DNA of 63,733 nt, the filler included, from Craspedostauros australis (lineage: Eukaryota): NCBI GenBank assembly GCA_030167865.1. It is 16 parts of 16 records of this genome, joined end to end, with 100 filler letters (N's around TTAATTAATTAA, not from the genome) between each part and the next. Parts side by side here need not be neighbours in the genome. Positions count along the whole stretch, not along the records: positions 1 to 16,795 come from JALAGF010002567.1; 15 more parts are not named here. The stretch is one strand, 5' to 3'. This document shows positions 1 through 13,844 of this stretch, one piece after another (the stretch's first letter is position 1; every line of letters starts with the position of its first letter). Position numbers and translations under genes: made by a program. The notes beneath the pieces were generated by a model that saw only the letters and a list, made by a program, of their open reading frames with translations, had not been told where the DNA came from and made no database searches.

Positions 1-624
1 AAGGTGGACCTGCACATCGAGTCGTTTGGTTGGTAGGAGTGAGAGTAGATTGGAGATCTGATTGATTTCATGTTACTTGCAATTAACTTGCGTGGCATTG
101 CGCAGGAGCTGGGCAATCAATTCACACCACGGGCAGTGGTGGGGAGAATATAACTAGATACTGATATAGAGCAGGAAACGTTGCACCAGAAAGGTCCGCG
201 GCGATGAGCCTCAATGCATCGTGCACCGCGGCCTTCGGCCCTGTTTCTTCGTTGAAGCCTTCGATCTTCCTCTTTCATTGTGGTCTGGAGAGGCTCTGGT
301 GTCGTGTTACGAGTGCGACTACGCGAACTAGCTGCACAGCTTTTGCGGCGAAACTGGATTTCATGGTTACGACTTCGTGCCGACCCGCTGGAAGCCGCCG
401 AGGCGTGAACTGTTCTCTGGGCGATTCATTCTTTGACGGCCGGCCATGCCTCGGGTAGGTTTGCACCTTGCCCCTGATTCATTTGTATTGTCATCATCAT
501 TCATCTAATGTTATGCTGTCGTAAGAAGCACTATTTGTACTGTTCCAATCGTTCATGGGAATCTATTGCAAGTCCTTGCTGGTGCTTTGAACGGAATATT
601 GAGAAATGAAGCGGAACCGCGTGT

Positions 625-3600
625 TTAGACTTGTGGGAGAGAGTTGACCGAGTCGTCCTCGGTAGCGTCGCTTCGCTCGTCGTCATCGCTGTCATCGTTG
701 GCGTCCTCGAGGCCAACGGTATCGCCATCGGTCTTGTAGGTGCGGTTGTGGTTGGAATCCTCCACGGCTGCGTCCATTCCCAAGATGGCGGCCCTGGCCT
801 CCTCCACATGCTCTTCTCCAAAGTACAACGCGATGGTGTCGCGATCCATTGCAAGCTTGTCCAGCTTCATTGTTGGACTAGTACTCATGATATGGAAGAG
901 GACGTCGCTCAGGCCGATAACGTCGCCCAGGGGCCGCAATTCCCCACTGCTTGCTGAGCAGTCGTATCCCACGCGGAATCCCAAGAATCCCATTCCCTCG
1001 CTCTCGCTCAGGACGTCCATCAGCTCGCACATCCTTCTGGCGTACCATCGACGGAACGTAGGCCCCTTCTCGTGGGGCGATTTGAGCTGGTGAACTAGGA
1101 CGTACCAATGCCCACCATGAATTGGATCATCAGGATCGGCAGGAAGTGGGCGATCGGGATTGCTTGGATCCAGCCTGGCGAGGATGTCATCGATACCGTA
1201 ATCTGCCAGTAGTTCCCCGTTACACTCGAGCTCCCTCATCAGGGATTCAAGGTACGGCTGCTTCTCTTCGTCTGGAGCCTTGAAGTAGATCAGGAGCTCT
1301 CCCGACCTGGTCTCTATGGACACGGTTTCCGCAATGACCCTCTCGCTCTCCCTGCTCGTGCTGTGCGACATGCTGCTCGTCAGAATGGATGTGCTTCCGT
1401 GACTTGTAGCAGCGAGAGATCTGTCTGCGCTCTGGCCTCCAAAATTTGTTGCCTCGAATCTGTCCTCCCTGATGTTGGCAGTCCCCTCCTCTTGTTCGTG
1501 ACTTGCTGAAAAGGTAGTGCCTGTGATTCCAGAGTCGATGTGCCTGATGCCTCCTCGTCGCCGAGTGTTGTCTTTCACTTTTGCTTTGAGAACGGGCTTC
1601 TCAGGTAGGCTGTGAGTCGTTGCATCCCCCAGGTCATCGCTGCGCTTCTTCGTTTTGCTGTTCGCGTCAGCAGCTTTGGCGTCATTCATGCCTTGTCGCT
1701 GCGTGGGGTCCTTTTCGACGATGCTGTCCTTGACCTGCGCTTCTTTCTCTTTCTCTTTCCCCTCGTCCTCCGCCTCCTCCTTATCACCATGTTCGTCCTT
1801 GTCCTTGTCCTTTTCTTCGTCCTTGTCTTTGGCTTTGTCGGCCAACTCGCGAGTCTTCCCCCAAGAGAAGTCGTCCATGTGAATGAACGAGTACAGCGGG
1901 AGCACAAAATAGAAGGTGGGAATACCAAATATCACGTACATGATGAACCAGAAGAAGTAGTCCCAGCGAGTCCGGATCAGGAACGGGACCATCATCAAGA
2001 TGATGGTCAACACGTAGAAGTAGATCACGAAGGTGTCCACCGACTCCGGCTGAGTGGAGAAGAGATACGCGAGGTATCCGAGATACGCGATGCTGGCTGG
2101 GAGAATCATGGTGGCCAAGAGATCCGCAATGACGACGGTCTTCATCGACACGCAGCAAATGCCGCACATGGTCTCGACCTTCAACAGCTCGAACATGTTG
2201 TGCAGTGTCGAGTTGATCCATCGACGGCGTTGACTTAGCAGGATGCTGAACGTATGTGGCACGATCGTCCAGCAGACCGCCTCAGGAACGAAGCTCAGCC
2301 TCATTCCCGGAAAGTGCTGCAGCAACAACGTTGTGAGCATGCGATCTTCGCCCAGCTCGTACAGATTCTTCTCGTGCAAAGACGCGATGTCATTTCGTGA
2401 GTACTTTTGCACGATAATGTCGGATGAGATGAAAGGTTTTTTGTCTTTGTTGAAGAGCCTGTACATGGTGAAGCAGCCCGGGAGGCACGTCACGCAACCG
2501 AAGACAGACTCGAAGGCCTTCTTCATGTGGTGGCTGGAGAAGTACTCGAAGACTTGCATCATGGTCACCCAGGACTGTGCCTTGTTATCCACTTGCGTTT
2601 CCCCACAGCACGCCAGGATGTTCTCGTTGTTCCTGAGGTGGTACACCATGTGCTGCATCGCCATGTGATGGACACGGGTGTCTGCGTCGATGGCCATCAT
2701 GTACTCGATGGTGTCCAGTGGGATTTCCAGCCTGTTGAGCTCCTCCTTGACGACCACATCAAGTTCATGGGGTTCGCGGTTGTGCTGCAACCGATTGAGG
2801 ATGCCTTGGATTACAAGCTGAGAGTCTCGTTTTCCGCGGTTGCCGGCTCTTCCCTTGCCGCGTTCTTTGTGGGAGCCTTGTTTCACCAGCACCATGTACT
2901 TGAGCCTCTTCGTGGTGTTATTGATCTTCGTTTCGTAGACTCCAGGGTAAACAGAAATATAGTTCGCTGTCACCTTGCCGAGGCTCTTGTATTCGTAAGC
3001 CACATCATTGCAGTCGAACTCGAAACCGAGAAGCTGGCCCAAGATTGTAGGCGTGTTTGCGGCAGCACCGGACCCTGTCACGACACCATCGGCAACGACC
3101 ACAAGGACTTTGTTCTCCTCCGGGTATTCATTATTTAGCACACTGTCGATGGTCTTCGACAGCTCAGCGTCCGTTTCGTTGTAGCAAGGCACCATGATCA
3201 TGACAGGTGAAGATTTGTCGTCAGCGGTGAATTGCGGGTGTCTGGCAGCCAGGTACAGCAACGAGCAGAGGACCTGGATGAGCATCATGGACGTTACGAG
3301 GATGAGGAGGAAGTACATGGCGATGCCGATCTTGGCGCAAACCGGATCGTGCCTTGTATCCACCTGTGAGTGGTAGAACATCATGTCCAGGCAGGTCTTG
3401 AAATCGTTCGTCTTGAAGAGGTCGTTGTACAGCGGAGTAGCGTCCTCATTGAGCTTGTTGAGGATTAGCTTGTGCAGATCTTCGAATAGGAAAGCATTTT
3501 CGTGGGTATGCTCAGGGTTGATCACCAACGTATTCTCATCCCTGTACGGAGACATGCATGGATTGAGCAGGATGTCACGGTGCGACAAGAGTAGGCAACC

Positions 3601-5989
3601 GATGCCAACCAGATGACAAATCGAATCGCGGAAAGCCGTTTGAGTGAAATGGAACAGAATGGAGCGGAAGCGCAGAAATCAAGAGAGCAAGTGAGATCAT
3701 TGGTGAGTTAGACACCATATCATGCACCGCGGTGCAGTGTACCGTCGTACGAAATGGATACAAGTCCAAGTACTGTGCATTCTGAGGGAGAAGTGACGTG
3801 CCGCAGCACGACCGATAGAGTCAACGCGGTCGTTTCACTTACCGCAACCCATCGATGTATCCAGACACATCGTAGATGCTGCTGTCGAGGACGACGTAGC
3901 TCATTTCTTCATCTTCTCCGAGCTTCCAGGGAGCTACAACCATGTCAGCTGTCCTGTAGCCCTTCATGACGGCCCTCACGCCCTCAGGCCCCACCATGCT
4001 AGTGTGACACAACAGCTTGTCGCCATCCTCCCTATCTGCAAGGTTGGGACAGCTCACTTCTGAAGCGAGGGAGCTGTTCTTTGCTGTGTCCAGGCAGAAC
4101 GTGGGAAGTGCCGACGGTGGTGGCCGCGGGAAGAGGTCGCTTGCGTCCTGGCCCAAAAAGTCGCTTATTTGCTGTGATCCGCCCGGGTGACGCTTGATGT
4201 AGTTCCTGACATCGTAGATCGTCCCGAAGATCGTCACCCAGGCTTTCCCGCGCTGGTTGTTGATTTCTCTCTGCGTGAATTGATCCGAAGATCTGCAGAG
4301 GAAGATGGGAAGGAATCCAATCCCGCCGACAATTGCCGCGGAAATGAAAAACACGATGAGACAGATCGCCACCTTCTCCCGCCATGCGAGCTTGGCGCTG
4401 GGCTTTTCGCGGGGGATGATCTTGTCCGGGATGATACAAGTCATGCCCACAGCAAGCGACTTCCAAAGTCTTGACCCTGGTGGATCCTCCTCACGCACGT
4501 AATCATCGATCGGATCATTGTACTGTGTCTTGGCCGAGCGCTGGTCGCTGATGACAGACTCAGAGCACGATGTGCGAGCTGTTCCGGGCGATCGTGCCTG
4601 AACCGAGATGGCAGGCCTGTAGGGGCGGGTGGGAAGCGTGGAGCTGTCAGACGGGATCAATGTTTGGCCTTCCGTCACCTCGCCGGTGCACCACAGCTCA
4701 TCGGTAGTTGGATCAACGATGACGCTGGACGGCACGTGGAAGCTCGATGAGTCGATGTCATTGCGGACGGAACCGCCGGGGTGGTAGATGCTAGGGATTT
4801 GCTGCTGTGGCTGTTGCAGCGGGTGAAGGGGCGAGTTGAAGTGGAGCGAGGATGGCAGCGGGCGCTGCTGCTGAGAGTAGAACCGCGGGGGCTCGTGCGG
4901 TGTACCGCGCGCGCCATTGAAGGCAACGCCACCTCCCCCCATCATGGCAGAAGTGGAGTATCTGCGATGGGGTCTTGTCATTGTGACGGGTCGTTGCCGG
5001 GGCGGTGCGGGGTCGTTGGCTGGATCCATAAATGGAATGCATGGGAGCTGCACATCGCCGGGCTGGCCGTACATGCTGCGGAACCTTCTCGGCCGACCTG
5101 ATGCGCTCTGTGGAGGCGACGCGAAGCGGTTCCAATCGCCGCTTCGAGTGGACTGCGGCCTTTGGGTGCTTCCAAGCGAGGGCCGAGTACGTGTCGGAGT
5201 CAGCAACGACGATGGAGCCTGCGAGACAGGAGCTACCCGTGTTGCTGACCTGGACGACATGGATCCCAGGCTACGGAGGTCAGGGTCGATCGCTGACATG
5301 TTGTGGGCAATCCCCTCCGGAATAGAGGAACGGACGCTGTACCTGGAATGGTTGCTCCCACGCAAGCCGTTCCTTGGGATAGCGACATCGTCGCCTACCA
5401 TGGGGTGCACGTTGACGTGGCCGCGCGGAATCATGTCGGGGCTATGGTACGCTGGTTGGCTGTGGTAGCTGTGGTAGCTGTCGCGGCTGTGAAACGAAGC
5501 GCTGTCGTCGAGGTAGCCCCGCTGTGGTACGGGGGAGCGGGCGGCCGCGGTTGGTGCAGCAGTGCGCCACTCCAGTTCTTGGATGTAATCGGCCATAGCG
5601 AGGTTCGCCATGTAAAGCTCTTGGATTTGAGCAGACGATGGGGGAATGTTGGATGCGCTTTGTCGGCGTGGTGATGCCATGGACGGGAGGGTTCCGTGAT
5701 TCGACCTCACTCCGTCATCCATCGGGGAGTATCTCCCATCCTGAGACGAGTTGGCTGCCGCATTCCTATTTGCGACCGCACGGGCGTTGGCCAGGTCCAA
5801 TTCTTCCTGCGTGTACTGGATGCCAGCTTCGTATTGCTGCATGCCGCATATGTCTTCGTTGAAGCTGGCGATGCTTGACTCGTCAGAGACGGATCGCGAT
5901 CGCGTTCGCGACATACGGTCTGTGCTGTTGCTGTTCGTTGGCAGCCTGCCCCTCCTCGGGCCATTCGACCGGCGTCGATGATCGCTCAT
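625..5989 (-). CDS. CHS: Chitin synthase (GT2) with cytochrome-b5-like domains; exons 5989-3843 and 3541-625, ~1687 aa
   Basis: Motifs VPCYNE, NRGKRDSQ, IDADT, CVTCLPGCF, LGEDRMLT, QRRRW, HMDDFSWG; b5-like TIFGTIYDVRNYIKRHPGG. GT..AG intron 3842-3542 joins the two ORFs in frame (GLR-DENT). Confidence 0.95.
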
Positions 5990-8900
5990 GTTTGATCTGA
6001 CCTTGTTGCAATTCGCTCAAGTCAAATGGGATGGAAGGGCCGGAGTTGGCTTTGTGCGCTTTGGATGGATGCCAAAGGAAGGTACTGCTATCTCCAGTAC
6101 TTCCTATGGGATGGTGTGCGCTTGTGTATGTGCGTGTACTGGTGCGTGCGGTGTTGAAAGAGTTCTTGCGAGCGGCCCCTTGCTCACGAATGGCTGTGCG
6201 ATGAGAAATACGGGCAGGGAGAAATAGTGGCCGCTCGCACATTGGAGTATGGTGGAGTAAAGGCGAAGAGAAACGCGTTTGAGGATCAGTTTCGCCGGAG
6301 GACGGAACAACAATAGCAGCAGGAGCAGTATTCTGCTGAGTGTGCGGTTCCCGCTTGCAAGACATGGGCCCCAGAGATGTCAGCGCAGACCGACGCTCCT
6401 GTTGTTGTGAGAAGGGCAAGGGACGCCCAAAACGCAAAGATGAGATTGTCGGGACAGCAAGAGCCCACTCCCAGCGACAAGCATGCTTGTTCGTGGGTTC
6501 TCGTGTTCGTCTCACGAAACATACCGAGACATGCAGAAGCTGCAGGCCCGCCACACCATCGCCACACGACTGCGCTCATTGCACTGAACTTTGGCCGCAC
6601 TCTGTCTGCAGGTCCAATGGGCATGGCACACCGAAACGTGCAGGCTCTTGCATCCGTAAATGCGGAGACAGCCTGTGATCAACTCCAAATGATGGCAGAC
6701 GTACCTTTGTTCTGGCGCGCGGTTGAGTGTTGGATGCTGTGCTTGGCGCGAGAGGCGCTGTTCCTGATGTTTCGTCCTGTTCTGTGTTTCGCAGTATTGT
6801 GGAGTATGGCACTGTGTGGTTAGGTATGAATATGATGCCTGATAGTGGCTGGGTTGTGATGGGCTCACGTGTTGGGCTGGAGGATGGGGCGGCGATGACG
6901 ATGGTGACGGCGATGAAAGATCAAAGCCGACGATGGTTGGATGGTGTCTCCTCTTGGTTGTTTTTTATTCGGTGCGTATGGTGGTTTGATTGCCACCACG
7001 CGCGTGAAAAGCGGTGAGAGAGTGGGCTGGTCCGGAGGACGGCAAGCTGCTGGATCAATTGTATCGCAGGTGGCTGTTTGCTGGTTGATTGGTTTGTCGC
7101 TTGCTTGTTGTGTGCTTCTCGAGGTGAGATTGTGTTGTGTGATGTTGGCTTGGATTGGATTGGATCGCAGCGCGCTGCCAGTGCTAATCGTAGCACGAGG
7201 ATCGTGTGCGTTTGTGCGGAATGACGGCTTCGTTCGTTCGTTCGTGTTGGTGCTGCCCAACGTTTTATGAGAAAAGGTTGATACCACCCCTTCGGGGAGC
7301 GTTCGTGATGATGGAGATCGACGTCGAAGGAATAGAGGTAGGAATTGGGAGAAACGTGCCAAACTGTCGGTGCGGTGGAATGGAGTTGAGACCTGGTATG
7401 CGACCATGGGCAAGATCTCTTGTCTCTGTCTGCCGAAGGTCGCGGATTCCAAACGATCTTGGCGTTGATCGCCCACGAGGCTCTTATCTCGTTGCAGGTG
7501 CCGCCTTCTTCGTGCGTGTAACAGGGCGTTCGCGGTACTCTCTGCAAGTCTTGTGCTATCTTTGCGATGCTCACAGAGCAGATTCCCTGCGTCCTGTGGA
7601 GCCTGCGGTGTCTTCTCTGCGAGCTATGATCGCTCTTGTGGTTGAGATTTGTTTGATCTGTGGCTCTCCTTGGCGATTCTGTTCGCACACCACAAAAGGT
7701 TTTCGATTGTGCGTTCCGCGACAGTCTTGTTTGTGGAGTTGCAACCGCGAATTTTGCTCGTCTGGGAAACGAAGTTGTGAGCAAAGCAACCAAGCGCAGC
7801 ATCGGTTGAGCGTACGGAACTCTGTGACACAGCGCAGACATCGGATATGGTTCTTGTTCAAGGCCTTGGCTGAATTACATATGGTCTGTTTCATGCGCTG
7901 CACAAGCAGGCGACATCGGAGTGACACCCTTGGGCGTAAAATCAGGTTCAGACGCATCATGATTTTCCTCACTTTTCGATGGGGCTTGTCATGTGAGTAT
8001 CACTCATTCACGATGAAAGGCTGCGATACCGAGTTCGTGTTAATGAACTGTGACAAAACCATCCACAAGATCGATCCCTTGGTCAACTCGCAACGCCACC
8101 ACATCAATCGTGTCTTGTACGAAGATGGTGCACAGAGAGACGAACAGCGAGAGAGCAGACCGAAGCCTGTGAGGGAAAAGAAATGGCCACAAAGCGCGGA
8201 GGATTTGGGCCGAGTCGACTTGGGCGCGTGAGGTTGGGTAGATCGCATTGCTGGCTTGTACTCGTAGGTAGAATGCTTCGCACGATTTGGTGATAGCAGA
8301 CATCATGTCCTGCTTCTCTGGAGAGAGTTGCTCCCTCAAACCAAAGTGGGTATCGCTTCGTGATTCATACCAGTGCACAGGCATGGGCTGGAAACTGCGA
8401 TTCTGGATCTTCATCGGGCTCCACCATTCACGCACAAGAGATACTTGCTTGTGGTCAGCTTCAACCGCGGTCATGGGTGTGGACACGAACAGAGCGATGC
8501 CACAGAGCGTGTATCGGTTTGGTGGAACATGGAACTTCGACTGAGACATGGAGTACAAGACATGGGCAGCGCATTGCAGCTTGTTCCGTATTGCATCCCA
8601 CGCAGGCGTCTGAAGATGGTGCCTGTGAAGACTTGGAGACAGGTAAAGAGTACTGGGGTGCATGGTGCAAAGTGAACGGAAACAGGTCGATTACAACCCT
8701 GAGCCGAAGATCGGGAGAAAGTCGCCGCCCAGGTACAGCCCAAGATGGACGTCGTGAGGCAATTGATCGCATGTTTCCACCTTCTCTTCTTCGGCACGGC
8801 CACGAGAGAGAAAGGGAGGAGCGAAGCACATCACCGACGTCGCCACCGAAGTCAGTGGAGTGTTGCCGCGGGGCAGCTTTGTGCAATCGCATTCCCGCTG

Positions 8901-9878
8901 ATATTTTTGAAGGCGATGCCGAACTTCAGCACAGATCTGCCTCCGCAGCCTTCCTTCATTTCTGTCGCAGGAGAGCCGAGCGGAAAAGATCGGCACCGCG
9001 GACGGAGATCTTTACCGATACCCCGCACCGACCGGCCGACCAAGAGCGGAGTCGGACGCAGCGAAGCAAAGTACCGCAGAGCACCAACAATCCGGAAAGT
9101 TTGTACCAACTGACCTGAGATGTGAGATTCATTCAGCCGCCCATGGAAGTGGAGATTCCTATCGGGATCATAATCGTCGCGGCAGCCAAGAATCGGTACT
9201 GCTGCCGGCCTCTTCCTTTGTGCGTCAGGTTTGTCTTCCGCACCCCAGCCCGGCGCAATGTTCTTTGGCTTGGCCATGCAAATCAGATTTATTTGGCTGA
9301 CATCAATGATATCCGCTGATGACGGGAAGCGAACATGATCTCCGCGCAAGAGAGCGATTGCGGCGGTTGGCAAGATGCGATCATGGAGACGTGTGCATGC
9401 GGTTGCGATGGAAGTATGCGATCATGGCGACGCTGTTTGGCCAAGGCAGGCGACCCACTATTTCTCATACTCCGTGCTTGTGCTATTGCATGTCATGCTG
9501 CGCATTGCCACGACAAGGTTCCACACAAATACAAATGGTGTGTCTATTGTGCATAATTGTTGTGGGACGGGGGTGTTCGTGTTGCTGTTGTTGATGATGA
9601 CACAACTCGAAGGATGGCAACTGGGGCCAAGCCAATGGACCATCGTCGAAGGATGACAGGATGAGTACGAACATTGTTGGACATTGGAGCTCCTACGTTG
9701 CGACAGACCAAATCTATCTGCATTCGCGCATTCGGGAGGTAGGTGGTCAGGTGGGAGGTTTCATGGTCTTGCTTTGCGCTCGTATTTGCAATTGCGCTTG
9801 CATTGCATCTGCCGGGCTCATTTGGTGCGTCTCCTCCTGCCTCTTTGCTCATCTGACAGACTAAAGAATGGACAGGTT

Positions 9879-10762
9879 TCAATCATCCGAGCTCTCCGAC
9901 CCTGTGCCTGTCTGAACCTCCGCGTGGATCTTCTGTGCCTCATCCTGTGCCTTCTTGGCGCACTTGTGCGACGATGAGTAATAGATATCCGCCATCAGCT
10001 CGTCATCTCGCTTGCCTTCCTCGCACTGCAGGTCCTGTTCATCGAGAACTGCCGCGACGGCGGATTGGCGATTGAGCTTCTTCTCCCGCCTGCCTTCTCC
10101 CACCTTGTCGGTCAGACCCAGCCTTGTGTAGTCGTCGTTCGAGGTACGGCGTCCCATCCGCAGCTGATGTATATCATCCTGCAACTGGGCACGGCGTTCT
10201 TGAAATTCCACACTGTGTACGATCATGGTAGAGCAATGCGGTCATCGTAGGCGTCAACGAGTGGCGGCAAGACAAGAATGGGCGCAGTAATGTCAGTGGG
10301 ATGGAATGAGTACCTGAGCAGAATGGCGCCGCATGTGGCTCGTCTGCGCATTGTACATTTTTTGGATTGGCTTGGATCCGTCAAATTTGATGCCAAGCTG
10401 ATTTTCCATCACAGAACAAGCACTCCGGAGGCCACCTGCCCGCTCAATGACCATCAGAGACCAACCAATCGACGAGAGCTGTGTCCACAAATCGAACTCA
10501 AATCGTACCCAGATTGTCGTCAAAGCGTACACAAATCGTATGCATACATACATGCCTACATGCATACATACCTGTCTCCCCACATGTTGAATCGCTCAGA
10601 TTCGGTGAAATTCTGGCTGACCCGCGGAATCTCCTCTATCTGCCGAATGGAATTCTCGCCGCGGAAGCCAACCGCTCGCTTTGGCTTGATGTCATCGATG
10701 GTGATGGAAGTGTTGCGACCTGGCTCGTCGCCGCTTTTCTTGTTCAGCGCTTTCGGCTTCAT
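9879..10762 (-). CDS. Two-exon hypothetical protein (exons 10762-10572 and 10212-9879)
   Basis: GTATGT donor at 10571 and CAG acceptor at 10213 join the ORFs in frame; C-terminal AVAAVLDEQDLQ...ADIY pattern resembles a common diatom hypothetical family. Start uncertain. Confidence 0.65.
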
Positions 10763-12284
10763 CGTGGCTCTGTTGGCGGTGATTGCGGTCGTGTTTGTGC
10801 TTGCTCTTGCGCTTCGATGTCTGCGGGTTGACCTGGGGTGTCAAGCTTGGTTGCGCGCTGATTCGTTTCCACGTTTCTTCTTGAGAGATGGAGTTGCGTC
10901 AACAGCTTTGTTGTTACTTGAAGGAGTACTTGGGGGAGTGGTCGGAGGGTGCCTGTCGCTGTTCGTTGAGATGATGATCCTCGCGGAGGCCGAAACAAAC
11001 CGGTCAGAGACTTCTTGGAACACTCTCTTCTTGTTGCTCTGCTTTCACTGCTTTTGCTGAGCGGTGATGTTGATGTTGATGATGATGATGGTCACGATGA
11101 TGATCCGGTCAATTGCGCCACCGGAGACACGATTGCGGAATGGACGAAGAGATGAAGGGGTCGGTATGGAGGCGGATGGTGTCGGAAGGGTGCGAGCGTG
11201 TGTGTGTGTGTGTGCGTGTGCGTGATGACGAGGACGTCGTACTGTCCTTGCGTGGTTCCGCGCGATCTATCTTTCGGTTGGGGGCATCGCGTTCATCGTC
11301 TCTGTTTTTGCTGGTGTTGGTGTTACGCTGTTTTGTTGGTGTTGCTGTTGATTCGGCTGTTCGCAGCTGTCACTTTTCGCGGTGGTTTTGGTTGGCGTGA
11401 TTTCGACTCGTGAATGTCAGAACCAGTCTTGCATTCTTCGTTCGGGCATCACGCAATTTCAACGAGCGGAGAGAAATCCTGTGCAGGAATTTGTGTGTGT
11501 GTGTTTGGCCTGCCAAAACGTGGCACTTTCGCGCAAGGTCGACCAAAGCGGGCTATTGGTTCCCACGCCATAATTGACCCATTGTCATTTCACGACCAGT
11601 ACTTATGGACATCCAGTGACATTTTTATCGTTTATAGTACTTCGATAGGCTTTAGAGTTCGGAACACGAACGATTGGGTATGTTGGAGGACAGACTAACA
11701 TAATGTTGTTCATACCATCCGACTAATCCGAGTTTGGGAAACGAATTAGACTGGAATTGAGTTTTTGCACGAGCTTCCTATATTCAGTCCCTCAAGGGAC
11801 TGGGACGTGTCACCAGCGGCGAAGAGAGAAGAGGAAGAACGTGCATCAACTTCGCGGCCGAAGAGGAAGTACACGATGGCGCGACTGAATCAACGCTTGA
11901 AGCACATTCTTGGAGCAGTCGTCACCGAACCATACGTTCCATGTTGGGAAGAAGACACATCAACATCCCTTGATGCAAGTTTCTCAATCAACGAGCATAG
12001 CAGGGAATCCTCAACGTCATTGGCGAGCGATACAAGAAGGAACAGAGAACCAGGGTCAACGAAGCACGTTCTTGGGCACGAAGCACAGCGACTGTGGTGG
12101 CACAACCAAGAGTGTCGACATTGCGTTGTCTTATCGCATTGTGTTGCCGCAGTACTTTCAAGGGTGGGCACACGAGCAACTCTTGGGTGCGGACTTCCAC
12201 AATCACAGGGAGCACAATCGCGGGCAGTGCGACTTGTTCGCCCGTGAGCGTCGCGGACATCAGCACTCCAACCAACACGGTCAC

Positions 12285-13844
12285 ATGAGGAAGGTGAAGG
12301 ATGGCGGCCAACACCATCCCCGGTTGAACGGCTCGGCGAAGCATGCGGCGTTGGTGTTCCTTTCTTCGGTGGGGCTCTGTCTCGCGATGATGCTGCGCGG
12401 TCCCACCAGCATCGCGTCTCTGCAGTCGCAGCTCAGCTTGGCGGGGCCGCTGGGTGGATCGCCGCAGCCAATGCGGGATGTGAATGCTCCCGAGGGTGCC
12501 GCGATGGTGCATGAAGGGGGCGCTGCCGGCATGATGAGCGACGGTGCGTTGCAGATACTCGCGGATCCGCGCAACGTCACGGCGGCCTGCTTGCTCACGA
12601 AGGACGATCTCTCCATTCTGTCGGAGTGGATCGCGTATCATTACCACACGGCAAACATGAGGTATCTCATCGTCGCCGTGGATCCGACCAGCGTGCACTC
12701 GCCAACGCCGATCCTTCGACGCATCCGCGACGCTCTGCCGGACATCGTCATCATGGAATGGGCCGATCACCACTTCATGCCGGAATTCTTCGTCAATCGG
12801 AACCACAATGCAACCAGCAAGCAGCAGTATGAGCAACAGATGCCGGACCTGGTTCCGGATATGTTCAAGCACGCTGGTTCATCGCGTTGGCATTCCGGGA
12901 ATGCGACAGAAGAGCAGGTTCGCAGGGATGCTGAGATGGCAAACATCCATCGCTTCCGGCAGCGGACCTTCATCTCCAAATGCAATTGGTACTTCCGTGA
13001 TCAGATTGACAGCATCCAGCAGCGACAGAAGCAGCAACAGAAGCAACAACAGCTGCAGCACGTGTCAGCAGAAACAGCAGCAACGACAACGTCAGCAACA
13101 ACAGCGGCTGACATTCCGAAGCCGTCGCTGTGGGTGCTGCATGTTGATTCGGACGAGTACGTGGTTGTGAATCCCTTGATCCGATTGGGTCCGGCTCGCG
13201 TGTCCAAGATCCCCGTGCCCGACACGGCCGTCGCGGGCAGCGTCTTCCGCTTCCTCGAGAACATGTTCGATGCCTATCCCAAACGGTTGGATCGCCGCTG
13301 CGTCTCCATGCCGACCATCCTCTTTGGATGTGTCGAGGGGCGACCTTCGGAGACGGAGCGTATTGATGATGCCACCAAACACACCGTTGCACCTACCATC
13401 CCGCAGCCGTTCCAACCAAGCTCATTTGAGACCGTGCGTTGGCGATGGCACGCGCCGTGGATGGACAACAACAACGGTTTCTTCAAGGCGATCATGGACG
13501 TCTCCAAGCTGCCCCTGGAGGATGTGTCCATGAAGGGACCGTACGTCCTGAGCCCGCATCAGCCCAGCCCACAGCTATGCCAAAAGGTCATTCTCAAACC
13601 GGAGATTTCCGCAGGCAGGAAATTCCCCTTGACGGTCAACCATTATCTGGGGTCATTGGAACGGTACTCCTCCAGGCAGGATGGGCGCCACTCCACGCGC
13701 GTGCATCAACGCAGGGCCAACATGACGGGAGGGTACGAGGATGGGTGGACGCCGAGTTGGTTGCACAGCTTCGTGTCGTCTGTTGGTTCGGAAACGGCGA
13801 GGCAAGTTCTGGGAGATCACATCGTGGACTCGAGCAGGAGGTAG
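12285..13844 (+). CDS. GT-A fold glycosyltransferase (GT92/GT2-like), type II membrane protein
   Basis: N-terminal TM segment, AACLLTKDD..LSEWIAYH, WVLHVDSDEY (DxD), VNHYLGS. ATG 12285 chosen; the ORF is open from 11910. Confidence 0.8.
   Translation: MRKVKDGGQHHPRLNGSAKHAALVFLSSVGLCLAMMLRGPTSIASLQSQLSLAGPLGGSPQPMRDVNAPEGAAMVHEGGAAGMMSDGALQILADPRNVTAACLLTKDDLSILSEWIAYHYHTANMRYLIVAVDPTSVHSPTPILRRIRDALPDIVIMEWADHHFMPEFFVNRNHNATSKQQYEQQMPDLVPDMFKHAGSSRWHSGNATEEQVRRDAEMANIHRFRQRTFISKCNWYFRDQIDSIQQRQKQQQKQQQLQHVSAETAATTTSATTAADIPKPSLWVLHVDSDEYVVVNPLIRLGPARVSKIPVPDTAVAGSVFRFLENMFDAYPKRLDRRCVSMPTILFGCVEGRPSETERIDDATKHTVAPTIPQPFQPSSFETVRWRWHAPWMDNNNGFFKAIMDVSKLPLEDVSMKGPYVLSPHQPSPQLCQKVILKPEISAGRKFPLTVNHYLGSLERYSSRQDGRHSTRVHQRRANMTGGYEDGWTPSWLHSFVSSVGSETARQVLGDHIVDSSRR

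Noticed and set aside
6000..9870. Long ORFs (e.g. 6921-7841, 7206-8231, 8040-8663)
   Set aside because: No recognisable motifs, mostly non-ATG starts; cannot be supported as genes.
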